From a virus, in the IMG/VR virus record IMGVR_UViG_3300042905_003268, positions 1-64,000 of that record: a DNA stretch of 64,000 nt. One strand, 5' to 3'. The translations under genes were made by a program, and so were the position numbers. The notes beneath the pieces are model-generated. The model saw only the letters and a list, made by a program, of their open reading frames with translations, had not been told where the DNA came from and did not search any database. Positions within the stretch are counted from its first letter, which is position 1. Each line of letters starts with the position of its first letter. Shown in pieces: positions 16,146 to 24,518 of this stretch.

Positions 16146-16451
16146 CTATTCCCAATCTTCTGGGATAGGAATGCCATTATCTATCAAGTATTGTTTGCCA
16201 TCTTGAGTAATCTTAAATCCTGGGTTTAGATTTTCATCATACTCTACTTCTACAAATCCCAACTTATATAAAACTACCAACTCTTCGTTTAATTCTTGCA
16301 TCATTGCATCGTACAACTCTGGAAAGGACTCTGCTAATTTGTCTATATTAAATACAAACGTTCTTTCTCCTGAGCCGTCCATTCCGACCCATTCGATAAT
16401 ACCGTCCTCTTCCATGAATTTAATAAATTCATCAATTTCATTATCTTCCAT
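16146..16451 (-). CDS. Acidic hypothetical protein
   Basis: ORF track. Confidence 0.75.
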   Translation of the reverse strand: MEDNEIDEFIKFMEEDGIIEWVGMDGSGERTFVFNIDKLAESFPELYDAMMQELNEELVVLYKLGFVEVEYDENLNPGFKITQDGKQYLIDNGIPIPEDWE

Positions 16452-16452
16452 G

Positions 16453-16526
16453 AGCCTCAGATCGGATTCGAACCGATGACTTTCCGCTTACAAGGCGGAT
16501 ACTCTGGCCAACTGAGTTACTGAGGC
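16453..16526 (-). tRNA. tRNA-Thr(TGT)
   Basis: GCCTCAG acceptor; TCCGC-CTTGTAA-GCGGA; ATCGG-TTCGAAT-CCGAT. Confidence 0.93.
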
Positions 16527-16579
16527 TATCCTAGGCTGTTGCCGCAATTTTATTTGCGCCTAGAATATCATTCTAGCAT

Positions 16580-17194
16580 TTAAATCTTTTCTGGGGTACA
16601 TTTTTTGGGGAATAAAGACCACCCAGTATTGAATGGTGCAATCACCCAGGAATATGTTAGTCCAGATCCCCAGAGTGAATAATACATTCCTGCATCCTCG
16701 TACCATGAATCATTCTTAAATGAATATCCATAGCCCCAATTATGCATTCCATCATTAAGGAAGTGCTTCCTTACAATTTCTGATTGCTTTTCCTTATCTA
16801 ACATGTTATCTCTGGACCACCAGGGTTTTCCTGACCAAGCACTTGTTTGAATTTGCCAAGTACCCAGAGCACCTGTGAACCATCTGCTAGATTCATCTAA
16901 TGATTCATGCTTAGATTCGCGCCAGGTAATTGCCCAGGCTCCTCTTAACATTCCAGGTCTATTAAAACCTGACTTAAACAGCATCTTTGCTTGCTTATCA
17001 TTACAATTAGATGGCAATGTCCAATTTCTATCTGTTATTGCCCTTCTTTCTAATGTATCAGCGGTGGCAAAGTTACCTGTACCTTCCGCCAAAGGCGTAG
17101 ACTTAGCATACGCCAGGTTTGGAGAGATTAGTACCATTGATAATACTACTGTCGTTGATACTAATGCAGCACCAAATCGGTTTATTGTCGTCAT
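16580..17194 (-). CDS. Secreted lysozyme-like / lytic transglycosylase protein
   Basis: Signal peptide (..LAYA), AITWRES catalytic Glu, GTWQI motif. Confidence 0.65.
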   Translation of the reverse strand: MTTINRFGAALVSTTVVLSMVLISPNLAYAKSTPLAEGTGNFATADTLERRAITDRNWTLPSNCNDKQAKMLFKSGFNRPGMLRGAWAITWRESKHESLDESSRWFTGALGTWQIQTSAWSGKPWWSRDNMLDKEKQSEIVRKHFLNDGMHNWGYGYSFKNDSWYEDAGMYYSLWGSGLTYSWVIAPFNTGWSLFPKKCTPEKI

Positions 17195-17231
17195 ATTGAC
17201 CTCCTTGTGGCGGCAACATGAATTCTATTAT

Positions 17232-17260
17232 ACGGGAATATTACGATATGGTCAACGATT
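17232..17260 (-). promoter_or_regulatory. sigma70-type promoter for lysozyme-like gene
   Basis: TTGACC-N17-TATAAT; AAGGAGG RBS downstream. Confidence 0.7.
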
Positions 17261-17359
17261 TTGGATAATTTACTATTTCAATCATATTATTATACAAAGT
17301 AACGTAAGGTCTGAGGTAGTAGTTACCATTGTGCTTAACGAGACAATAAAATGTAAACA

Positions 17360-17485
17360 TTACTTCTTGCCACGACGGACTTTAAGTGGAGACTTACCAA
17401 TATTTATTTTGCCATCTTTATGTTCTGGATTAGTAATTCCTCCGCCACCTTGTTTAATAGTTTCGGTAGTTATTACATTATTCAT
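17360..17485 (-). CDS. 41 aa basic microprotein
   Basis: MNNVITTETIKQGGGGITNP...KVRRGKK; coupled to upstream stop. Confidence 0.5.
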   Translation of the reverse strand: MNNVITTETIKQGGGGITNPEHKDGKINIGKSPLKVRRGKK

Positions 17486-17829
17486 TTAAGAAATGATCCT
17501 CCCCAGAACTTACCCATCATATCATCATCTTCATCATACATAGATGCGTTTACATAACCGTCTGGGATGGCTGCAAGTCGGCACTTTCCTTCTGGATGAA
17601 CTAGATAAGAAAGAATAGCACAACCTAATTGCCCATCTTCTCTCTCAATGTGTAGAGAACAATTAGAGCATTTAACTCCAATTTGTGCATCTTCGTTTTC
17701 TCCTGGGCCTTCGTATCCTACCCAGATACTTGATGTTCCTTGATCAAATGGGCCAAATCTCTCAGCAATTGAAACCATTGCATCGTGATAGGCTTTTTCT
17801 TCTTCTGTTAATTCATCGTATAGTTCCAT
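17482..17829 (-). CDS. Cys-rich (HiPIP-like CxxC..C..C) head-associated-type protein
   Basis: GVKCSNC, CAIL, GKCRLAAIPDG; ends GKFWGGSFLK; leaderless TGATATAAT-N6-ATG. Confidence 0.65.
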   Translation of the reverse strand: MELYDELTEEEKAYHDAMVSIAERFGPFDQGTSSIWVGYEGPGENEDAQIGVKCSNCSLHIEREDGQLGCAILSYLVHPEGKCRLAAIPDGYVNASMYDEDDDMMGKFWGGSFLK

Positions 17830-17857
17830 ATTATTATTATATCACCGTGCGGTTGTG

Positions 17858-18481
17858 TTACCTGGAATATCCTGGGTGAAAAGATCCTATAGAATATAGA
17901 CACCAGTAATTTTCCTGAGGGACGTTTCTTTTATCCACCCAAAAATCTTCTGAGTCTCCATTTATTACTAGTTCGTAATCTAAAGAACTTAGTATAAATC
18001 TCTGAACATCTCTCATTTTTTCTAATGTATAATCTCTAACAAAGTCATGCTCAATAGTTATTACACTAAACCTATAATCCTGCAATGGTAATTGTATTAG
18101 TGCAAGTAGGTTGGCGTTTCTTGGAGTATCATCAACATCTATTTGTAGATAATCAATCTGCTTAGGGAAATCATTATTAACAAAATAGTCTGTGTAATTA
18201 AAATTTAATGCGTTCTGTTTTAAACAGGTTGACTTCCTTTTTTGGTTATATAAATTTACTAAATTCTCATCAGTATCTAGCGCTAGTCCCCGCCAATTAA
18301 ATTTATTTTCTAAAAGATTAGTATTGTTAGATATTTCTGGGTGACCAGATCCTATTTCTAAAAAGAATCCATTAGTTTTTTCTTTCAATACATTTAAAAC
18401 AAAACTCTCCTGATTGCATGAAGAACTTGAATCGGGATAATTCTTAATATTTAAATCTGGATATGAAATATGCATATTCAT
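17858..18481 (-). CDS. FkbM-family methyltransferase
   Basis: QE.FV, FLEIGS, NT.LLE..FNWRG, IDYLQIDVD, VITIEHD. Confidence 0.8.
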   Translation of the reverse strand: MNMHISYPDLNIKNYPDSSSSCNQESFVLNVLKEKTNGFFLEIGSGHPEISNNTNLLENKFNWRGLALDTDENLVNLYNQKRKSTCLKQNALNFNYTDYFVNNDFPKQIDYLQIDVDDTPRNANLLALIQLPLQDYRFSVITIEHDFVRDYTLEKMRDVQRFILSSLDYELVINGDSEDFWVDKRNVPQENYWCLYSIGSFHPGYSR

Positions 18482-18507
18482 TTATACTGACTCCTAATGT
18501 ATTATTT

Positions 18508-18582
18508 TGGCTGGCGTGGAAGGATTCGAACCTTCAACCGATCGGTTAACAGCCGATTGCGCTGCCATTGCGCCACACGCCA
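18508..18582 (-). tRNA. tRNA-Asn(GTT)
   Basis: ATCGG-CTGTTAA-CCGAT; encoded CCA. Confidence 0.93.
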
Positions 18583-18586
18583 TAAG

Positions 18587-18666
18587 TGCCAGATGTTGGA
18601 ATCGAACCAACCATGCCTGAGGCGACGGTTTTACAGACCGCTTCCCCACCTTGGGGACTATCTGGC
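18587..18666 (-). tRNA. tRNA-Tyr(GTA)
   Basis: GCGGT-CTGTAAA-ACCGT; long variable arm; compact D-arm. Confidence 0.85.
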
Positions 18667-18774
18667 TCTAAGGCAATCAGAGCATACTCCTCTAGTCCCC
18701 ACCCTTTGACCAGGAACTAGTAAAAACTGCTCTAAATCTTTTTCAGTTTTACAATTGTGACATATCTTTTTCAT
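18658..18774 (-). CDS. 38 aa Zn-finger microprotein between tRNAs
   Basis: MKKICHNCKTEKDLEQF...GVCSDCLRAR. Confidence 0.55.
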   Translation of the reverse strand: MKKICHNCKTEKDLEQFLLVPGQRVGTRGVCSDCLRAR

Positions 18775-18776
18775 TG

Positions 18777-18849
18777 TGTGCCTGGAGGGATTCGAACCCC
18801 CAACCTAATGGGTAGAAACCATTTGCGCTGTCCGTTGCGCCACAGGCAC
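18777..18849 (-). tRNA. tRNA-Arg(TCT)
   Basis: AATGG-TTTCTAC-CCATT. Confidence 0.9.
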
Positions 18850-18856
18850 CTGTCAT

Positions 18857-19585
18857 TTAAAACAATGATAATTGATTATTACATATAATATCTAATAGGT
18901 CAAGTGGTCTTCTATCTGACTGACGCCACCATCTAGGAGATTCTAAATCTACTGAATCTTTATTCAGCCTAGAAATTTCATACTTAACACCATTATGACC
19001 AAAGTGTAGGAAATTATCTGGTATCTGTACAGCAATTTTTGGATCTACTTTAACTAAATATTTACTATAATCAAATTCTTTATCTCTGGTGTTTTGTTTT
19101 ATTCTTTCTGGCGCGGGACCTAGACCAGTTTTATGAAATCTATTTATAAGTGGCATTACTGCACTAGATAAAGACGAGTCTACAACAGTTTTAGAACCAA
19201 ATCTATATATCATGTCTAGGTATGTAATTCCAATCATACACGCTACATACCTTCGATAATCATTTTGTGTATGTACATTTCTCCATACAGAATAATTCTG
19301 GAATAGATTAAATAATATTAATTGATTGTTTTCTACCCCAACACCATTGCACTTGCCGTATCCATTATTAAATTGTGCGGAATTAAATAATTTATCCCAC
19401 CCATAATCCCCGACTTTATAATCATTTGCATAAATATATGATGAAGTTGGGTGATTTATTGTTACTTCTATTCCTGGGCCATATAAAAAATCTTCGTCAT
19501 TATTTTCTGGCTTAAATATTACATACTGTGTATAAGTCTCATATATAGATTTATATGCCACTTCTCCATCAAATAAAAATTTCAT
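18857..19585 (-). CDS. Hypothetical protein (AT-rich, inside tRNA cluster)
   Basis: 242 aa ORF, no motif recognised. Confidence 0.65.
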   Translation of the reverse strand: MKFLFDGEVAYKSIYETYTQYVIFKPENNDEDFLYGPGIEVTINHPTSSYIYANDYKVGDYGWDKLFNSAQFNNGYGKCNGVGVENNQLILFNLFQNYSVWRNVHTQNDYRRYVACMIGITYLDMIYRFGSKTVVDSSLSSAVMPLINRFHKTGLGPAPERIKQNTRDKEFDYSKYLVKVDPKIAVQIPDNFLHFGHNGVKYEISRLNKDSVDLESPRWWRQSDRRPLDLLDIICNNQLSLF

Positions 19586-19588
19586 AGG

Positions 19589-19659
19589 AGCGAGTGACCA
19601 GAATCGAACTGGCGATAACTGCTTGGAAGGCAGATGTGTTACCTCTACACCACACTCGC
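19589..19659 (-). tRNA. tRNA-Gly(TCC)
   Basis: CTGC-CTTCCAA-GCAG; GCGAGTG acceptor. Confidence 0.92.
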
Positions 19660-19665
19660 GGGAGA

Positions 19666-19803
19666 TTAATCTTTTTCTAAAAGATCAATCGCCTCTTTAA
19701 TTGCCTGATTCCATCCTGCAATAAAAGAACTAATCTCAGTAGAAGATGCTGAGTTTTTCATCTTCTTTGCCTTAAGTTTTTCAATTACCTTATCGCGTGT
19801 CAA
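19666..19803 (-). CDS. 45 aa microprotein
   Basis: TTG start; ...FIAGWNQAIKEAIDLLEKD. Confidence 0.5.
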   Translation of the reverse strand: MTRDKVIEKLKAKKMKNSASSTEISSFIAGWNQAIKEAIDLLEKD

Positions 19804-20009
19804 TTGTATCCCTTTTCAATAAATGTCCCGTCCCAAATTGAAGCGGGATTCTCTGATACATTTTTCTTAGATTCAGATGCATATAGCGCACGTTGCTGTG
19901 CTACTGCTTCTGCGCGAGTTGCATGGCAACCCTCAATTTCATTTGTTCCTTCTTTGACTACTGCATATCCATTGCAATCGCCAAAGTTTCTTTGTACTTT
20001 CCAAGGCAT
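19800..20009 (-). CDS. Head-associated-type microdomain protein
   Basis: MPW...GYAVVK...GCHATRAEAVAQQRALYASE domain recalled from N-termini of prohead proteases; SIWDGTF motif; GGAGG RBS. Confidence 0.7.
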   Translation of the reverse strand: MPWKVQRNFGDCNGYAVVKEGTNEIEGCHATRAEAVAQQRALYASESKKNVSENPASIWDGTFIEKGYN

Positions 20010-20021
20010 TTTAACCTCCCG

Positions 20022-20092
20022 CTCCCCGATCTAGATTCGAACTAAAACTAAATGATCCAAAGTCATTTGTGCTACCATTACACCATCAGGGA
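20022..20092 (-). tRNA. tRNA-Gln(TTG)
   Basis: AATGA-CTTTGGA-TCATT. Confidence 0.88.
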
Positions 20093-20096
20093 ATAT

Positions 20097-20609
20097 CTAC
20101 TTACCTTCTAATAGTACCAGAAATACTGGTTTTCGGTCAACTATTCCTATAGAACACGCCCAACACCATTCTGGCGGGGTATGATCACACTTATTTGCTG
20201 GCTTCTTTGCCCAATGGGGCCAATCTTCTGGACCCGCTAAAGATCCACAGTACGGACATGTTTCTTCCTGTAATAAAAGTCTACCGTCATAGCAATCCGT
20301 ACAAAAACTTTCTAATATCTCCTGCTTTCTCCGCCTTCGATCTTGATAATTAGCCCTTGGAGGGCGCGGAGGAATCGATCCATCTTCATTAGGTATCCTA
20401 TCACTTTTCCATGCGTTACATTTTTTATGAGCAAGTCTTAAATTAGATACATCTTCTGATCCTCCCGCTGAACGGGGAATCCAATGATCTAATGTTACGT
20501 CAGAATTTGCCTTAAAATCTTTTAGGCAGATGGCGCATGTAAATCCATCACGCTCTCTAACAAGTTTTATTTTATCCCTTTTACTAAGCAGAAGATTCTG
20601 ATTTAGCAT
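20097..20609 (-). CDS. HNH endonuclease with C-terminal Cys-rich domain
   Basis: RDGFTCAIC, TLDHWIPRSAGG, NLRLAHKKCN. Confidence 0.88.
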   Translation of the reverse strand: MLNQNLLLSKRDKIKLVRERDGFTCAICLKDFKANSDVTLDHWIPRSAGGSEDVSNLRLAHKKCNAWKSDRIPNEDGSIPPRPPRANYQDRRRRKQEILESFCTDCYDGRLLLQEETCPYCGSLAGPEDWPHWAKKPANKCDHTPPEWCWACSIGIVDRKPVFLVLLEGK

Positions 20610-20820
20610 TGATAAATTCTCTTTCATCTACAATATCGTATGCATCACGAATGATGCTAACCTCGTACTTGTCAAAGTGGTGGCCACAGAAATACAACTC
20701 GCCAGTTACAAACTTAGCGATAACCCACGCCTGCGCGGGACATTTAGGTGCATCACACCTATCGCTTCTGGTAAGAACTCTTACTTCTTCCTGAACTTCA
20801 GTTTCCATGGAGTCCTCCAT
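20584..20820 (-). CDS. Small actinobacterial Zn-binding protein
   Basis: DRCD..C.AQA, LYFCGHH. Confidence 0.75.
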   Translation of the reverse strand: MEDSMETEVQEEVRVLTRSDRCDAPKCPAQAWVIAKFVTGELYFCGHHFDKYEVSIIRDAYDIVDEREFINAKSESSA

Positions 20821-20832
20821 ATATTAATTATA

Positions 20833-21120
20833 TCAGTTTGGTTTAAAATGATCGCTAATTTGTTTCATTTGTTTATTTATTTTACTTATCTTTTCCTGAA
20901 GTAGTTTATTCTCTAACTCTAATTTTTTATTTATATCTTCTAATTCAATTACTTTTTCTTGGTAAATAGTTATTCTATCTTCTACTTCAGATTGCTTTAT
21001 ATTAGAATCATTATGTTCCGAAAGAACTGTTGTTATTCTTTTTACATAAAGCATTAAAATAACGAACATGACTACTTCTATCGCTAGAAGTATTGATCCT
21101 ACTACAATTAATGTTTCCAT
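20833..21120 (-). CDS. TM plus coiled-coil protein
   Basis: Start reassigned to ATG 21120 because the track ORF runs through tRNA-Pro. Confidence 0.7.
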   Translation of the reverse strand: METLIVVGSILLAIEVVMFVILMLYVKRITTVLSEHNDSNIKQSEVEDRITIYQEKVIELEDINKKLELENKLLQEKISKINKQMKQISDHFKPN

Positions 21121-21121
21121 G

Positions 21122-21195
21122 TCGGGATGAAAGGATTTGAACCTTCGGCCCCCTGTTCCCAAAACAGGTGCGCTACCAAACTGCGCCACATCCCG
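21122..21195 (-). tRNA. tRNA-Pro(TGG)
   Basis: CCTGT-TTTGGGA-ACAGG; CGGGATG acceptor. Confidence 0.93.
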
Positions 21196-21198
21196 CAA

Positions 21199-21332
21199 GT
21201 TGCAGACGGCTAGGAACCCTCTTACGCACGAAAGACGCTAGAAACGAATTCAACGCTTTCAACTCGCACAGACTCGCTATAACGGGATATTTGTATGTAA
21301 CTACACCATCCTAAGATATTGCCATCTGCAAC
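21199..21332 (-). ncRNA. Putative structured RNA between tRNA-Ile and tRNA-Pro
   Basis: 12 bp closing stem GTTGCAGATGGC/GCCGTCTGCAAC continued by TAGGA/TCCTA. Confidence 0.55.
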
Positions 21333-21334
21333 CG

Positions 21335-21408
21335 TAGGGCGGGTGAGACTTGAACTCACGATCTTCACCTTATAAGAGTGACGCCTTCACCAACTTGGCC
21401 ACCGCCCC
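21335..21408 (-). tRNA. tRNA-Ile(TAT)
   Basis: TCACT-CTTATAA-GGTGA anticodon arm; GGGGCGG/CCGCCCT acceptor, A73. Confidence 0.88.
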
Positions 21409-21423
21409 GTAACAACTACTATA

Positions 21424-23214
21424 TTAAATTATTTCCATGCTGTCAATAGCATTTTGTAGAGCGGGTGGGATGATAAGTTCGCTATTTTGTTTCCTACCCA
21501 TCCTTAATTTTAACTCTTCTTCGCTATCTTGTTCAAGCATATCGTACGAATAGATTTCGATTTCTTGTAGCGAATCTCTTCTAGAGCGAGCAATCGCATT
21601 ATAAACCGCGCCACATACGGCATCAGCCAAGTCCTTGCTTCCCTTTCTAGGGTGGTCAACTTTATCACCGCGTATCCTTAATTGCAATAATTCATCTATC
21701 AATAATTTAAGTTCTGGCCCATAAACTCTTTCTTCTGTAATAAGTAGGGCCATATCTTCATAATGCTTCTTTGCGACAGATAATAATTCAGTATTAATAC
21801 CATAATGTTTTAACTGCTGCATCATGTCATGAGAATTCCATCTGTCGAACGTGACTACTCCTAGACTAAATCCGCGCTCGCGCAATTCAATAATGTAATC
21901 TTTTACTTCAGATAAATCTACGCTATTGGTAGATGTTGGTTGCCAATATCTTACGGCGTCTACGATTACCCTGGGGGCCGCTTCTGTCATTGTGCCAGCA
22001 ATCTTCATCTGCACCCAGCCTTCAATATGAGCCATAGCCACAGCACAATTATCATGCTTTTGGGCTAAGTCAACATGAACAAAATACTGGCGTCCTTCCT
22101 CTGGTTTAAACCATTCTGAGAATCTTCCACCATTATCTACTGCAAACTTAGGATTACTAAAAGCCCTTTCGATCTTCTCGCGTGACTTAAAGAATGCATC
22201 TGTTGCTTCTGGTGGCATACATGCAAAACGCATAAGAGAATCTAATGGGTCATCATAGAAAGCAATGGTAAAGTCTTGAATCTTTCTAGTTGGATTAAAT
22301 TCCCAGGTGGGTCTTTTCAAGGCAAATATGTGTGGAAGGGAATAGGAAATAATATGATCCTCTTCCCACTCAATAGTAAATTCATTACCGTCGTGTCCAT
22401 CTGGTAGATCTGGATCAATTTTAAAACTATGAGACTTAACTATAGTTTCTTTCTCTGCTACTGCGTCATTGTATTTTTGTTGAATAAAGTCATTCTTAAA
22501 TCTTGGGAAGGAAAGCATGATAACTTTCCCAAAGTCTGGAAAGCGAGAGTTGACAGATGCTCTATACATCTTATAGATAGCCGCAGAGGTTTTTGGGCTC
22601 TGCCTTCCTGTGGTATTCTCTAGTTCAAAGCCTGATATTTCGTCAAGGATGGCAAGCAGGACATTGTAGCCCTCCCACGACTCTGCTTCTGAATGTCCTG
22701 AGTGAACAGTTATTTCTTTGTCAAATTCAATACTGTTAGCCTTGGGTATATATCTTCCCTGGAACCAGGCTGACTTTTCAATAATGCGCTTGAATCCTTT
22801 AAAGAACACTCTGTTTGCCTGGACAGCATTGATAGCAATGTTAATAATGTCAATTGAATCTCCTGGCGGTTTGCCATAATACTTTGCTGGATCATTAAGG
22901 CACAATAAGAGGTGGACAACATAGGCACACCCGATAGTAGAGATAAAGTCCTTCCCCCCGCCCTTCCCTATCTGAAGAATCACTTCCTTACATGTCTGGT
23001 TCCATCTTTTTATTCCTTCTTCTTCTCCAAGCCATTTATTTAGGGTGTCTTTATCATAAATTTGCGTCATAGACTTAATGGCTTTGTATTGATATTCTGA
23101 AAGAGGAGGTAAGTCTAGGTACTTCTTGTCAGTAACAAACTCCTCTATCGTGGCTGGAGTTTCCTCAAACTTGTCATCGTCAAGTGCTTCTATAAAGTCA
23201 CTAAAATCAATCAA
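21424..23214 (-). CDS. terL: Terminase large subunit
   Basis: GKGGGKD Walker A, ILDEISGF Walker B, HVDLAQKHD nuclease, DHP..GSKDLADA. Confidence 0.92.
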   Translation of the reverse strand: MIDFSDFIEALDDDKFEETPATIEEFVTDKKYLDLPPLSEYQYKAIKSMTQIYDKDTLNKWLGEEEGIKRWNQTCKEVILQIGKGGGKDFISTIGCAYVVHLLLCLNDPAKYYGKPPGDSIDIINIAINAVQANRVFFKGFKRIIEKSAWFQGRYIPKANSIEFDKEITVHSGHSEAESWEGYNVLLAILDEISGFELENTTGRQSPKTSAAIYKMYRASVNSRFPDFGKVIMLSFPRFKNDFIQQKYNDAVAEKETIVKSHSFKIDPDLPDGHDGNEFTIEWEEDHIISYSLPHIFALKRPTWEFNPTRKIQDFTIAFYDDPLDSLMRFACMPPEATDAFFKSREKIERAFSNPKFAVDNGGRFSEWFKPEEGRQYFVHVDLAQKHDNCAVAMAHIEGWVQMKIAGTMTEAAPRVIVDAVRYWQPTSTNSVDLSEVKDYIIELRERGFSLGVVTFDRWNSHDMMQQLKHYGINTELLSVAKKHYEDMALLITEERVYGPELKLLIDELLQLRIRGDKVDHPRKGSKDLADAVCGAVYNAIARSRRDSLQEIEIYSYDMLEQDSEEELKLRMGRKQNSELIIPPALQNAIDSMEII

Positions 23215-23722
23215 TTGGTTCTACCTTACCCGTGACCTCTGATAATCTTTTAGCGACCTCCATCTTGCAATGATTACATTCGGAAGTTACTTCCTTTAGA
23301 ATACTCATGAGGATTTCTTGCTTACGCTCTGTCTCTAGAAGTTGGGCAGACATTTCATTATTCTCTAGAAGACCCGCCTTCTGGAGCATGTCAATTCTTT
23401 TTTGCTCAACATCAGCGATCATTTTTAGAGCGCTGGCCTTTGTGTTGTACTGTTGATTTGCATCTGCCTGGTCTACAGTCTCCCATGCACGCTGAATTAT
23501 CATAGAGTAATGCTGATCAGCACCAGCCAAGGCTTCCTTGGCTCGCTCTCTAATTCTACTATCTCCAGATACTAGTTCACGCCAGGTATCGATATGCTCT
23601 AAAACTTGTGATCTTTTAATTCCAAGAAACTTAGATATGTCCGTTGGGTTCTTACCCTTGAGTAATTCTTCTACTACTAGATTCATTTGATCAAATGAAC
23701 TAGTTAGTTCAATCTCTGACAA
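23207..23722 (-). CDS. Probable terminase small subunit
   Basis: HTH-like N-terminus, helical, directly upstream of terL. Confidence 0.6.
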   Translation of the reverse strand: MSEIELTSSFDQMNLVVEELLKGKNPTDISKFLGIKRSQVLEHIDTWRELVSGDSRIRERAKEALAGADQHYSMIIQRAWETVDQADANQQYNTKASALKMIADVEQKRIDMLQKAGLLENNEMSAQLLETERKQEILMSILKEVTSECNHCKMEVAKRLSEVTGKVEPID

Positions 23723-24008
23723 GTTGCTTCTTCCTTCTGCTCTTCTTAGCCCTAACTACAGTTTTTAGACGGTCTACATAAAATGATCTATACTCTCCAG
23801 TAGCGCTATCCCGACAATCAATCCAAGTAACATCTAACTTTTCATTGTGTGCCATATGTATAAAGGTATATATCGACTTAATATTTTTAAACTTAATCTG
23901 GTCACCTGGCTTAATTACATCTTTCATGAAAGGCAGTTCATAATATACTGTGATATCTGGATTCATGCTGTAAGGAATGTATTCATAAACTTTTTTCTGA
24001 CGAGGCAT
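23709..24008 (-). CDS. Hypothetical protein
   Basis: ORF track; AAGGAG RBS. Confidence 0.7.
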   Translation of the reverse strand: MPRQKKVYEYIPYSMNPDITVYYELPFMKDVIKPGDQIKFKNIKSIYTFIHMAHNEKLDVTWIDCRDSATGEYRSFYVDRLKTVVRAKKSRRKKQLVRD

Positions 24009-24017
24009 TATATCTCC

Positions 24018-24191
24018 TTAGAGTGAATATCCACCGTTGCGGGTAGGGCTCCATACCATACCTGGACGGTCAATAGATCTAATTAAACTATAGCCACATC
24101 CCGCACACTTTTGCTCGTCCCGCGCTGAGATGCTTGCTAGTCTTTCTTCGTCACTATCACAGTTAATACATGAATAGGTGTAAAGAGGCAT
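24018..24191 (-). CDS. FmdB-like zinc-ribbon protein
   Basis: MPLYTYSCINC...CAGCG; not in track. Confidence 0.75.
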   Translation of the reverse strand: MPLYTYSCINCDSDEERLASISARDEQKCAGCGYSLIRSIDRPGMVWSPTRNGGYSL

Positions 24192-24192
24192 T

Positions 24193-24465
24193 CTATCTCC
24201 AGTTATTCCTTAGTGCTACCTTTAATAATACCAGATAACCTATTAAGTCGTCAATGTCATTATCTCCAGGAAACTCCCCACCATTGGCAAATCTGCTAAG
24301 TTTATCATCTATACGAACTTTAATTTGCTCTGTGGCATCTGCTTGAGAAAATATTCTTACTGGGTCAAGCGCGGAGTTTCCATAGGCGCGATTCTTTTTA
24401 ATAAGTAATTCTTCTATTTCTTTGCAAACTATAGATATTTCTTTTTCAGTATTAATGTTTGGCAT
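24193..24465 (-). CDS. DUF1599 / nucleotide-modification-associated domain protein
   Basis: KKNRAYGNS, VRIDDKLSR, DLIGYLVL. Confidence 0.7.
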   Translation of the reverse strand: MPNINTEKEISIVCKEIEELLIKKNRAYGNSALDPVRIFSQADATEQIKVRIDDKLSRFANGGEFPGDNDIDDLIGYLVLLKVALRNNWR

Positions 24466-24518
24466 GTGTCCTACTTTCTCTGAGACTTGAATTAATCCTT
24501 ACATTAATATTTAATTTA

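Noticed and set aside
16875-17489. 204 aa + strand ORF
   Set aside because: Antisense to the lysozyme-like gene and its promoter; no recognisable motif
21120-21198. N-terminal extension of ORF 20833-21198
   Set aside because: It is the tRNA-Pro sequence read as protein
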